From Eledone cirrhosa (lineage: Eukaryota), in contig OZ024750.1 in NCBI GenBank assembly GCA_964016885.1, positions 35,712,001 through 35,776,000 of the forward strand: 64,000 nucleotides of DNA, written 5' to 3'. Below the pieces are notes generated by a model. That model made no database searches. It was not told where the DNA came from and saw only the letters and a program-made list of their open reading frames with translations. Position numbers and translations under genes: made by a program. Position 1 is the stretch's first letter; each line of letters starts with the position of its first letter. Below, one piece after another: positions 16,618-32,689 of the stretch.

Positions 16618-19600
16618 TTATACAGTTACTATATTATCTAGTTACTATATTATACAGTTACTATATTATCTAGTTACTATATTATACAGTTACTATATTA
16701 TACAGTTACTATATTATGTAGTTACTATATTATACAGTTACTATATTATACTGTTACTATATTATACAGTTACTATATTATACTGTTACTATATTAAACT
16801 GTTACTATATTATACTGTTACTATATTATACTGTTACTATATTATACTGTTACTATATTATGTAGTTACTATATTATACAGTTACTATATTATACAGTTA
16901 CTATATTATACAGTTACTATATTATACAGTTACTATATTATACAGTTACTATATTATACTGTTACTATATTATACAGTTACTATATTATACTGTTACTAT
17001 ATTATACAGTTACTATATTATACTGTTACTATATTATGCTGTTACTATATTATACATTTACTATATTATACTGTTACTATATTATACAGTTACTATATTA
17101 TACTGTTACTATATTATACTGTTACTATATTATACTGTTACTATATTATACTGTTACTATATTATACTGTTACTATATTATACTGTTACTATATTATACT
17201 GTTACTATATTATGTAGTTACTATATTATACTGTTACTATATTATGTAGTTACTATATTATACTGTTACTATATTATACTGTTACTATATTATACTGTTA
17301 CTATATTATACAGTTACTATAATATGTAGTTACTATATTATAGAGTTACTATATTATTCAGTTACTATATTATACAGTTACTATATTATACTGTTACTAT
17401 ATTATGTAGTTACTATATTATACTGTTACTATATTATACTGTTACTATATTATACTGTTACTATGTTATACAGTTACTATATTATGTAGTTACTATATTA
17501 TACAGTTACTATATTATGTAGTTACTATATTATGTAGTTACTATATTATACTGTTACTATATTATGTAGTTACTATATTATACTGTTACTATATTATACA
17601 GTTACTATATTATACTGTTACTATATTATACTGTTACTATATTATGTAGTTACTATATTATACTGTTACTATATTACGTAGTTACTATATTATACTGTTA
17701 CTATATTATACTGTTACTATATTATACTGTTACTCTATTATACAGTTACTATAATATGTAGTTACTATATTATAAAGTTACTATATTATACAGTTACTAT
17801 ATTATACAGTTACTATATTATACTGTTACTATATTATACTGTTACTATATTATACAGTTACTATATTATGTAGTTACTATATTATACAGTTACTATATTA
17901 TGTAGTTACTATATTATACTGTTACTATATTATACAGTTACTATATTATGTAGTTACTATATTATACTGTTACTATATTATACTGTTACTATATTATACT
18001 GTTACTATATTATACAGTTACTATATTATGTAGTTACTATATTATACAGTTACTATATTATGTAGTTACTATATTATGTAGTTACTATATTATACTGTTA
18101 CTATATTATGTAGTTACTATATTATACTGTTACTATATTATACAGTTACTATATTATGTAGTTACTATATTATACTGTTACTATATTATACTGTTACTAT
18201 ATTATACAGTTACTATATTATGTATTTACTATATTATACAGTTACTATATTATACAGTTACTATATTATACTGTTACTATATTATACAGTTACTATATTA
18301 TACTGTTACTATGTTATACAGTTACTATATTATACTGTTACTATATTATACAGTTACTATATTATACTGTTACTATATTATACAGTTACTATATTATAAT
18401 GTTACTATATTATACTGTTACTATATTATACTGTTACTATGTTATACAGTTACTATATTATACTGTTACTATATTATACAGTTACTATATTATACTGTTA
18501 CTATATTATGTAGTTACTATATTATACTGTTACTATATTATACTGTTACTATATTATACTGTTACTATATTATACAGTTACTATATTATACTGTTACTAT
18601 ATTATACTGTTACTATATTATACTGTTACTATGTTATACAGTTACTATATTATACTGTTACTATATTATACAGTTACTATATTATACTGTTACTGTATTA
18701 TGTAGTTACTATATTATACTGTTACTATATTATACTGTTACTATATTATGTAGTTACTATATTATACTGTTACTATATTATGTAGTTACTATATTATACA
18801 GTTACTATATTATACAGTTACTATATTATACAGTTACTATATTATACTGTTACTATATTATACAGTTACTATATTATACTGTTACTATATTATACAGTTA
18901 CTATATTATACTGTTACTATATTATACTGTTACTATATTATACATTTACTATATTATACTGTTACTATATTATACAGTTACTATATTATACAGTTACTAT
19001 ATTATACTGTTACTATATTATACTGTTACTATATTATACAGTTACTATATTATACTGTTATTATATTATACAGTTACTATATTATACTGTTACTATATTA
19101 TACTGTTACTATATTATACTGTTACTATATTATACAGTTACTATATTATACTGTTACTATATTATGTAGTTACTATATTATACTGTTACTATATTATGTA
19201 GTTACTATATTATACTCTTACTATATTATGTAGTTACTATATTATACAGTTACTATATTATACAGTTACTATATTATACTGTTACTATATTATACTGTTA
19301 CTATATTATGTAGTTACTATATTATACAGTTACTATATTATGTAGTTACTATATTATACTGTTACTATATTATGTAGTTACTATATTATACAGTTACTAT
19401 ATTATACAGTTACTATATTATACTGTTACTATATTATACAGTTACTATATTATACTGTTACTATATTATGTAGTTACTATATTATACTGTTACTATATTA
19501 TGTAGTTACTATATTATACAGTTACTATATTATACAGTTACTATATTATACAGTTACTATATTATACAGTTACTATATTATACTGTTACTATATTATACA

Positions 19601-20093
19601 GTTACTATATTATACTGTTACTATATTATACTGTCACTATATTATACTGTTACTATATTATGTAGTTACTATATTATACAGTTACTATACTATACTGTTA
19701 CTATATTATACAGTTACTATATTATACAGTTACTATATTATACTGTTACTATATTATACAGTTACTATATTATACAGTTACTATATTATACTGTTACTAT
19801 ATTATACTGTTACTATATTATACTGTTACTATATTATACAGTTACTATATTATACTGTTACTATATTATACTGTTACTATATTATGTATTTACTATATTA
19901 TACAGTTACTATATTATACTGTTACTATATTATACAGATACTATATTATACAGTTATTATATTATACTGTTACTATATTATACAGTTACTATATTATGTA
20001 GTTACTATATTATACTGTTACTATATTATACTGTTACTATATTATACAGTTACTATATTATACTGTTACTATATTATACAGTTCCTATATTAT

Positions 20094-20133
20094 ACAGTAT
20101 AATATAGTAACAGTATAATATAGTAACAGTATA
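20094..20133 (-). repeat. Inverted satellite segment #7 (40 bp)
   Basis: Paralogue of #3 at offset 10,256, GTTCCT upstream. Confidence 0.97.
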
Positions 20134-21161
20134 TTATACAGTTACTATATTATGTAGTTACTATATTATACAGTTACTATATTATACAGTTACTATATTA
20201 TGTAGTTACTATATTATACAGTTACTATATTATACTGTTACTATATTATACAGTTACTATATTATACTGTTACTATATTAAACTGTTACTATATTATACA
20301 GTTACTATATTATACTGTTACTATATTATACTGTAACTATATTATGTAGTTACTATATTATACAGTTACTATATTATACAGTTACTATATTATACAGTTA
20401 CTATATTATACAGTTACTATATTATACAGTTACTATATTATACTGTTACTATATTATACAGTTACTATATTATACTGTTACTATATTATACAGTTACTAT
20501 ATTATACTGTTACTATATTATACTGTTACTATATTATACATTTACTATATTATACTGTTACTATATTATACAGTTACTATATTATACAGTTACTATATTA
20601 TACTGTTACTATATTATACTGTTACTATATTATACAGTTACTATATTATACTGTTACTATATTATACAGTTACTATATTATACTGTTACTATATTATACT
20701 GTTACTATATTATACTGTTACTATATTATACAGTTACTATATTATACTGTTACTATATTATGTAGTTACTATATTATACTGTTACTATTTTATGTAGTTA
20801 CTATATTATACTGTTACTATATTATGTAGTTACTATATTATGCAGTTACTATATTATACAGTTACTATATTATACTGTTACTATATTATACTGTTACTAT
20901 ATTATACTGTTACTATATTATGTAGTTACTATATTATACAGTTACTATATTATGTAGTTACTATATTATACTGTTAATATATTATGTAGTTACTATATTA
21001 TACAGTTACTATATTATACACTTACTATATTATACTGTTACTATATTATACAGTTACTATATTATACTGTTACTATATTATGTAGTTACTATATTATACT
21101 GTTACTATATTATGTAGTTACTATATTATACTGTTACTATGTTATACTGTTACTATATTAT

Positions 21162-21201
21162 ACAGTATAATATAGTAACAGTATAATATAGTAACAGTAT
21201 A
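21162..21201 (-). repeat. Inverted satellite segment #8 (40 bp)
   Basis: Paralogue of #4 at offset 10,256. Confidence 0.97.
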
Positions 21202-21859
21202 TTATACAGTTACTATATTATCTAGTTACTATATTATACAGTTACTATATTATCTAGTTACTATATTATACAGTTACTATATTATACAGTTACTATATTA
21301 TGTAGTTACTATATTATACAGTTACTATATTATACTGTTACTATATTATACAGTTACTATATTATACTGTTACTATATTAAACTGTTACTATATTATACT
21401 GTTACTATATTATACTGTTACTATATTATACTGTTACTATATTATGTAGTTACTATATTATACAGTTACTATATTATACAGTTACTATATTATACAGTTA
21501 CTATATTATACAGTTACTATATTATACAGTTACTATATTATACTGTTACTATATTATACAGTTACTATATTATACTGTTACTATATTATACAGTTACTAT
21601 ATTATACTGTTACTATATTATGCTGTTACTATATTATACATTTACTATATTATACTGTTACTATATTATACAGTTACTATATTATACAGTTACTATATTA
21701 TACTGTTACTATATTATACTGTTACTATATTATACAGTTACTATATTATACTGTTACTATATTATGTAGTTACTATATTATACTGTTACTATATTATACT
21801 GTTACTATATTATACTGTTACTATATTATACAGTTACTATATTATGTAGTTACTATATT

Positions 21860-24800
21860 ATACAGTTACTATATTATGTAGTTACTATATTATACAGTTA
21901 CTATATTATACAGTTACTATATTATACTGTTACTATATTATACAGTTACTATATTATACTGTTACTATATTATACAGTTACTATATTATACTGTTACTAT
22001 ATTATACAGTTACTATATTATAATGTTACTATATTATACTGTTACTATATTATACTGTTACTATGGTATACAGTTACTATATTATACTGTTACTATATTA
22101 TACAGTTACTATATTATACTGTTACTATATTATGTAGTTACTATATTATACTGTTACTATATTATACTGTTACTATATTATACTGTTACTATATTATACA
22201 GTTACTATATTATACTGTTACTATATCATACTGTTACTATATTATACTATTACTATGTTATACAGTTACTATATTATACTGTTACTATATTATACAGTTA
22301 CTATATTATACTGTTACTATATTATGTAGTTACTATATTATACTGTTACTATATTATACTGTTACTATATTATGTAGTTACTATATTATACTGTTACTAT
22401 ATTATGTAGTTACTATATTATACAGTTACTATATTATACAGTTACTATATTATACATTTACTATATTATACTGTTACTATATTATACAGTTACTATATTA
22501 TACTGTTACTATATTATACAGTTACTATATTATACTGTTACTATATTATACTGTTACTATATTATACATTTACTATATTATACTGTTACTATATTATACA
22601 GTTACTATATTATACAGTTACTATATTATACTGTTACTATATTATACTGTTACTATATTATACAGTTACTATATTATACTGTTACTATATTATACAGTTA
22701 CTATATTATACTGTTACTATATTATACTGTTACTATATTATACTGTTACTATATTATACAGTTACTATATTATACTGTTACTATATTATGTAGTTACTAT
22801 ATTTTACTGTTACTATATTATACTGTTACTATATTATACAGTTACTATATTATACTGTTACTATATTATACAGTTACTATATTATACTGTTACTATATTA
22901 TACTGTTACTATATTATGTAGTTACTATATTATACTGTTACTATTTTATGTAGTTACTATATTATACTGTTACTATATTATGTAGTTACTATATTATGCA
23001 GTTACTATATTATAGTGTTACTATATTATACTGTTACTATATTATACTGTTACTATATTATACTGTTACTATATTATGTAGTTACTATATTATACAGTTA
23101 CTATATTATGTAGTTACTATATTATACTGTTAATATATTATGTAGTTACTATATTATACAGTTACTATATTATACAGTTACTATATTATACTGTTACTAT
23201 ATTATACAGTTACTATATTATACTGTTACTATATTATGTAGTTACTATATTATACTGTTACTATATTATGTAGTTACTATATTATACTGTTACTATATTA
23301 TACTGTTACTATATTATACAGTATAATATAGTAACAGTATATTATACAGTTACTATATTATCTAGTTACTATATTATACAGTTACTATATTATACAGTTA
23401 CTATATTATGTAGTTACTATATTATACAGTTACTATATTATACTGTTACTATATTATACAGTTACTATATTATACTGTTACTATATTAAACTGTTACTAT
23501 ATTATACTGTTACTATATTATACTGTTACTATATTATACTGTTAATATATTATGTAGTTAATATATTATACAGTTACTATATTATACAGTTACTATATTA
23601 TACAGTTACTATATTATACAGTTACTATATTATACAGTTACTATATTATACTGTTACTATATTATACAGTTACTATATTATACTGTTACTATATTATACA
23701 GTTACTATATTATACAGTTACTATATTATGCTGTTACTATATTATACAGTTACTATATTATACTGTTACTATATTATGCTGTTACTATATTATACATTTA
23801 CTATATTATACTGTTACTATATTATACAGTTACTATATTATACAGTTACTATATTATACTGTTACTATATTATATTGTTACTATATTATACAGTTACTAT
23901 ATTATACTGTTACTATATTATGTAGTTACTATATTATACAGTTACTATATTATACAGTTACTATATTATACTGTTACTATATTATACAGTTACTATATTA
24001 TACTGTTACTATATTATGTAGTTACTATATTATGTAGTTACTATATTATACTGTTTCTATATTATGTAGTTACTATATTATACTGTTACTATATTATACA
24101 GTTACTATATTATGTAGTTACTATATTATACTGTTACTATATTATACTGTTACTATATTATACAGTTACTATATTATGTAGTTACTATATTATACAGTTA
24201 CTATATTATACAGTTACTATATTATACTGTTACTATATTATACAGTTACTATATTATACTGTTACTATATTATACAGTTACTGTATTATACTGTTACTAT
24301 ATTATACAGTTACTATATTATAATGTTACTATATTATACTGTTACTATATTATACTGTTACTATGGTATACAGTTACTATATTATACTGTTACTATATTA
24401 TACAGTTACTATATTATACTGTTACTATATTATGTAGTTACTATATTATACTGTTACTATATTATACTGTTACTATATTATACTGTTACTATATTATACA
24501 GTTACTATATTATACTGTTACTATATCATACTGTTACTATATTATACTGTTACTATGTTATACAGTTACTATATTATACTGTTACTATATTATACAGTTA
24601 CTATATTATACTGTTACTATATTATGTAGTTACTATATTATACTGTTACTATATTATACTGTTACTATATTATGTAGTTACTATATTATACTGTTACTAT
24701 ATTATGTAGTTACTATATTATACAGTTACTATATTATACAGTTACTATATTATACATTTACTATATTATACTGTTACTATATTATACAGTTACTATATTA

Positions 24801-25120
24801 TACTGTTACTATATTATACAGTTACTATATTATACTGTTACTATATTATACTGTTACTATATTATACATTTACTATATTATACTGTTACTATATTATACA
24901 GTTACTATATTATACAGTTACTATATTATACTGTTACTATATTATACTGTTACTATATTATACAGTTACTATATTATACTGTTACTATATTATACAGTTA
25001 CTATATTATACTGTTACTATATTATACTGTTACTATATTATACTGTTACTATATTATACAGTTACTATATTATACTGTTACTATATTATGTAGTTACTAT
25101 ATTTTACTGTTACTATATTA
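21860..25120 (+). repeat. Duplicated block of about 960 bp at offset 2,300 (about 21860-22820 versus 24160-25120)
   Basis: Shared ATGGTATA, ATATCATA, CATTTACT and ATTTTACT variants. Pseudo-ORFs 22023/24323. Confidence 0.8.
23318..23341 (-). repeat. Inverted satellite segment #9 (24 bp)
   Basis: Short form, intact ACT monomers upstream, CTA variant downstream. Confidence 0.97.
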
Positions 25121-27530
25121 TGTAGTTTCTATATTATACTGTTACTATATTATGTAGTTACTATATTATACAGTTACTATATTATACAGTTACTATATTA
25201 TACTGTTACTATATTATACTGTTACTATATTATACTGTTACTATATTATGTAGTTACTATATTATACAGTTACTATATTATGTAGTTACTATATTATACT
25301 GTTACTATATTATGTAGTTACTATATTATACAGTTACTATATTATACAGTTACTATATTATACTGTTACTATATTATACAGTTACTATATTATACTGTTA
25401 CTATATTATGTAGTTACTATATTATACTGTTACTATATTATGTAGTTACTATATTATACAGTTACTATATTATACAGTTACTATATTATACAGTTACTAC
25501 ATTATACAGTTACTATATTATACTGTTACTATATTATACAGTTACTATATTATACTGTTACTATATTATACTGTTACTATATTATACTGTTACTATATTA
25601 TGTAGTTACTATATTATACAGTTACTATACTATACTGTTACTATATTATACAGTTACTATATTATACAGTTACTATATTATAGTGTTACTATATTATACA
25701 GTTACTATATTATACAGTTACTATATTATACTGTTACTATATTATACTGTTACTATAGTATACTGTTACTATATTATACAGTTACTATATTATACTGTTA
25801 CTATATTATACTGTTACTATATTATACTGTTACTATATTATACTGTTACTATATTATACTGTTACTATATTATGTAGTTACTATATTATACTGTTACTAT
25901 ATTATGTAGTTACTATATTATACAGTTACTATACTATACTGTTACTATATTATACAGTTACTATATTATACAGTTACTATATTATACTGTTACTATATTA
26001 TACTGTTACTATATTATACTGTTACTATATTATACAGTTACTATATTATACTGTTACTATATCATACTGTTACTATATTATACTGTTACTATGTTATACA
26101 GTTACTATATTATACTGTTACTATATTATACAGTTACTATATTATACTGTTACTATATTATGTAGTTACTATATTATACTGTTACTATATTATACTGTTA
26201 CTATATTATGTAGTTACTATATTATACTGTTACTATATTATGTAGTTACTATATTATACAGTTACTATATTATACAGTTACTATATTATACATTTACTAT
26301 ATTATACTGTTACTATATTATACAGTTACTATATTATACTGTTACTATATTATACAGTTACTATATTATACTGTTACTATATTATACTGTTAATATATTA
26401 TACATTTACTATATTATACTGTTACTATATTATACAGTTACTATATTATACAGTTACTATATTATACTGTTACTATATTATACTGTTACTATATTATACA
26501 GTTACTATATTATACTGTTACTATATTATACAGTTACTATATTATACTGTTACTATATTATACTGTTACTATATTATACTGTTACTATATTATACAGTTA
26601 CTATATTATACTGTTACTATATTATGTAGTTACTATATTTTACTGTTACTATATTATGTAGTTTCTATATTATACTGTTACTATATTATGTAGTTACTAT
26701 ATTATACAGTTACTATATTATACAGTTACTATATTATACTGTTACTATATTATACTGTTACTATATTATACTGTTACTATATTATGTAGTTACTATATTA
26801 TACAGTTACTATATTATGTAGTTACTATATTATACTGTTACTATATTATGTAGTTACTATATTATACAGTTACTATATTATACAGTTACTATATTATACT
26901 GTTACTATATTATACAGTTACTATATTATACTGTTACTATATTATGTAGTTACTATATTATACTGTTACTATATTATGTAGTTACTATATTATACAGTTA
27001 CTATATTATACAGTTACTATATTATACAGTTACTACATTATACAGTTACTATATTATACTGTTACTATATTATACAGTTACTATATTATACTGTTACTAT
27101 ATTATACTGTTACTATATTATACTGTTACTATATTATGTAGTTACTATATTATACAGTTACTATACTATACTGTTACTATATTATACAGTTACTATATTA
27201 TACAGTTACTATATTATAGTGTTACTATATTATACAGTTACTATATTATACAGTTACTATATTATACTGTTACTATATTATACTGTTACTATAGTATACT
27301 GTTACTATATTATACAGTTACTATATTATACTGTTACTATATTATACTGTTACTATATTATACTGTTACTATATTATACTGTTACTATATTATACTGTTA
27401 CTATATTATGTAGTTACTATATTATACTGTTACTATATTATGTAGTTACTATATTATACAGTTACTATACTATACTGTTACTATATTATACAGTTACTAT
27501 ATTATACAGTTACTATATTATACTGTTACT
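24450..27530 (+). repeat. Tandem duplication of 1,536 bp (96 monomers)
   Basis: Variants at 24527/26063 and pseudo-ORFs 25683/27219 are offset by 1,536. Confidence 0.85.
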
Positions 27531-27649
27531 ATATTATACAGTTACTATATTAATTAGTTACTATATTATACTGTTACTATATTATACTGTTACTATATTA
27601 TACAGTTACTATATTATACTGTTACTATATTATACAGTTCCTATATTAT

Positions 27650-27705
27650 ACAGTATAATATAGTAACAGTATAATATAGTAACAGTATAATATAGTAACA
27701 GTATA
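27650..27705 (-). repeat. Inverted satellite segment #10 (56 bp, one monomer longer)
   Basis: Three AGTATAATATAGTAAC units, GTTCCT upstream. Confidence 0.97.
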
Positions 27706-28781
27706 TTATACAGTTACTATATTATGTAGTTACTATATTATACAGTTACTATATTATACAGTTACTATATTATGTAGTTACTATATTATACAGTTACTAT
27801 ATTATACTGTTACTATATTATACAGTTACTATATTATACTGTTACTATATTAAACTGTTACTATATTATACTGTTACTATATTATACTGTTACTATATTA
27901 TACTGTTACTATATTATGTAGTTACTATATTATACAGTTACTATAATATACAGTTACTATATTATACAGTTACTATATTATACAGTTACTATATTATACA
28001 GTTACTATATTATACCGTTACTATATTATACAGTTACTATATTATACTGTTACTATATTATACAGTTACTATATTATACTGTTACTATATTATACTGTTA
28101 CTATATTATACATTTACTATATTATACTGTTACTATATTATACAGTTACTATATTATACAGTTACTATATTATAATGTTACTATATTATACTGTTACTAT
28201 ATTATACAGTTACTATATTATACTGTTACTATATTATACAGTTACTATATTATACTGTTACTATATTATACTGTTACTATATTATACTGTTACTATATTA
28301 TACAGTTACTATATTATACTGTTACTATATTATGTAGTTACTATATTATACTGTTACTATATCATGTAGTGACTATATTCTACTGTTACTATATTATGTA
28401 GTTACTATATTATACAGTTACTATATTATACAGTTACTATATTATACTGTTACTATATTATACTGTTACTATATTATGTAGTTACTATATTATACAGTTA
28501 CTATATTATGTAGTTACTATATTATACAGTTACTATATTATACAGTTACTATATTATACTGTTACTATATTATACAGTTACTGTATTATACTGTTACTAT
28601 ATTATACAGTTTCTATATTATACTGTTACTATATTATACTATTACTATGTTATACAGTTACTATATTATACTGTTACTATATTATGTAGTTACTATATTA
28701 TACTGTTACTATATTATACTGTTACTATACTATACAGTTACTATATTATACTGTTACTATATTATACAGTTACTATATTAT

Positions 28782-28821
28782 ACAGTATAATATAGTAACA
28801 GTATAATATAGTAACAGTATA
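28782..28821 (-). repeat. Inverted satellite segment #11 (40 bp)
   Basis: Same inverted 40-mer. Confidence 0.97.
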
Positions 28822-31145
28822 TTATACAGTTACTATATTATGTAGTTACTATATTATACAGTTACTATATTATACAGTTACTATATTATGTAGTTACTAT
28901 ATTATACAGTTACTATATTATACTGTTACTATATTATACAGTTACTATATTATACTGTTACTATATTAAACTGTTACTATATTATACTGTTACTATATTA
29001 TACTGTTACTATATTATACTGTTACTATATTATGTAGTTACTATATTATACAGTTACTATATTATACAGTTACTATATTATACAGTTACTATATTATACA
29101 GTTACTATATTATACTGTTACTATATTATACTGTTACTATATTATACTGTTACTATATTATACAGTTACTATATTATACTGTTACTATATTATACTGTTA
29201 CTATATTATACTGTTACTATATTATACAGTTACTATATTATACAGTTATTATATTATACTGTTACTATATTATACAGTTACTATATTATACAGTTACTAT
29301 ATTATACAGTTACTATATTATACTGTTACTATATTATACTGTTACTATATTATACAGTTACTATATTATACTGTTACTATATTATACTGTTACTATATTA
29401 TACAGTTACTATATTATACTGTTACTATATTATACTGTTACTATATTATACTGTTACTATATTATACAGTTACTATATTATACTGTTACTATATTATGTA
29501 GTTACTATATTATACTGTTACTATATTATGTAGTTACTATATTATACTGTTACTATATTATGTAGTTACTATATTATAAAGTTACTATATTATACAGTTA
29601 CTATATTATACTGTTACTATATTATACTGTTACTATATTATACTGTTACTATATTATGTAGTTACTATATTATACTGTTACTATATTATGTAGTTACTAT
29701 ATTATACTGTTACTATATTATGTAGTTACTATATTATACTGTTTCTATATTATGTAGTTACTATATTATAAAGTTACTATATTATACAGTTACTATATTA
29801 TACTGTTACTATATTATACTGTTACTATATTATACTGTTACTATATTATGTAGTTACTATATTATACAGTTACTATATTATACAGTTACTATATTATACT
29901 GTTACTATATTATACAGTTACTATATTATACTGTTACTATATTATGTAGTTACTATATTATACTGTTACTATATTATGTAGTTACTATATTATACAGTTA
30001 CTATATTATACAGTTACTATATTATACAGTTACTATATTATACAGTTACTATATTATACTGTTACTATATTATACAGTTACTATATTATACTATTAATAT
30101 ATTATACTGTTACTATATTATACAGTTACTATATTATACAGTTACTATATTATACAGTTACTATATTATACAGTTACTATATTATGCTGTTACTATATTA
30201 TACAGTTACTATATTATACAGTTACTATATTATACTGTTACTATATTATGTAGTTACTATATTATACAGTTACTATATTATACTGTTACTATATTATACT
30301 GTTACTATATTATACAGTTACTATATTATACTGTTACTATATTATACTGTTACTATATTATACTGTTACTATATTATACTGTTACTATATTATGTAGTTA
30401 CTATATTATACTGTTACTATATTATGTAGTTACTTTATTATACTGTTACTATATTATACTGTTACTATATTATACTGTTACTATATTATACAGTTACTAT
30501 ATTATGTAGTTACTATATTATACAGTTACTATATTATACAGTTACTATATTATACTGTTACTATATTATGTAGTTACTATATTATACTGTTACTATATTA
30601 TACTGTTACTATATTATACTGTTAGTATATTATACAGTTAGTATATTATGTAGTTACTATATTATACTATTACTATATTATACAGTTACTATATTATGTA
30701 GTTACTATATTATACTGTTACTATATTATACTGTTAATATATTATACAGTTACTATATTATGTAGTTACTATATTATACAGTTACTATATTATACTGTTA
30801 CTATATTATACTGTTACTATATTATGTAGTTACTATATTATACAGTTACTATATTATGTAGTTACTATATTATACAGTTACTATATTATACAGTTACGAT
30901 ATTATACTGTTACTATATTATACAGTTACTATATTATACTGTTACTATATTATACTGTTACTATATTATACAGTTTCTATATTATACTGTTACTATATTA
31001 TACTATTACTATGTTATGCAGTTACTATATTATACTGTTACTATATTATGTAGTTACTATATTATACTGTTACTATATTATACTGTTACTATATTATACA
31101 GTTACTATATTATACTGTTACTATATTATACAGTTACTATATTAT

Positions 31146-31185
31146 ACAGTATAATATAGTAACAGTATAATATAGTAACAGTATA
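31146..31185 (-). repeat. Inverted satellite segment #12 (40 bp)
   Basis: Same inverted 40-mer. Confidence 0.97.
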
Positions 31186-32689
31186 TTATACAGTTACTAT
31201 ATTATGTAGTTACTATATTATACAGTTACTATATTATACAGTTACTATATTATGTAGTTACAATATTATACAGTTACTATATTATACTGTTCCTATATTA
31301 TACAGTTACTATATTATACTGTTACTATATTAAACTGTTACTATATTATACTGTTACTATATTATACTGTTACTATATTATACTGTTACTATATTATGTA
31401 GTTACTATATTATACAGTTACTATATTATACAGTTACTATATTATACAGTTACTATATTATACAGTTACTATATTATACTGTTACTATATTATACTGTTA
31501 CTATATTATACTGTTACTATATTATACAGTTACTATATTATACAGTTACTATATTATACTGTTACTATATTATACTGTTACTATATTATACAGTTACTAT
31601 ATTATACAGTTATTATATTATACTGTTACTATATTATACAGTTACTATATTATACAGTTACTATATTATACAGTTAATATATTATACTGTTACTATATTA
31701 TACAGTTACTATATTATACTGTTACTATATTATACTGTTACTATATTATACAGTTACTATATTATACTGTTACTATATTATACAGTTACTATATTATACA
31801 GTTACTATATTATACAGTTACTATGTTATACTGTTACTATATTATACAGTTACTATATTATACTGTTACTATATTATACATTTCCTATATTATACTGTTA
31901 CTACATTATACAGTTACTATATTATACTGTTACTATATTATACTGTTACTATATTATACTGTTACTATATTATACAGTTACTATATTATAATGTTACTAT
32001 ATTATACAGTTACTATATTATACAGTTACTATATTATACTGTTACTATATTATACTGTTACTATATTTGACAGTTACTATATTATACTGTTACTATATTA
32101 TACAGTTACTATATTATACTGTTACTATATTATACTGTTACTATATTATACTGTTACTATATTATACAGTTACTATATTATACTGTTACTATATTATGTA
32201 GTTACTATATTATACTGTTACTATATTATGTAGTTACTATATTATACTGTTACTATATTATGTAGTTACTATATTATAAAGTTACTATATTATACAGTTA
32301 CTATATTATACTGTTACTATATTATACTGTTACTATATTATACTGTTACTATATTATGTAGTTACTATATTATACAGTTACTATATTATGTAGTTACTAT
32401 ATTATACTGTTACTATATTATGTAGTTACTATATTATACAGTTACTATATTATACAGTTACTATATTATACTGTTACTATATTATACAGTTACTATATTA
32501 TACTGTTACTATATTATGTAGTTACTATATTATACTGTTACTATATTATGTAGTTACTATATTATACAGTTACTATATTATACAGTTACTATATTATACA
32601 GTTACTATATTATACAGTTACTATATTATACTGTTACTATATTATACAGTTACTATATTATACTATTAATATATTATAATGTTACTATA

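Larger units (their letters stand above)
1126..21685 (+). repeat. Higher-order tandem duplication, two copies of about 10.26 kb (junction near 11,400)
   Basis: Rare variants and identical pseudo-ORFs recur at offset 10,272 (1183/11455, 3103/13375, 4724/14996). After the 16-bp-shorter inversion #5 the offset is 10,256 (6780/17036, 8055/18311, 9628/19884). Confidence 0.92.
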
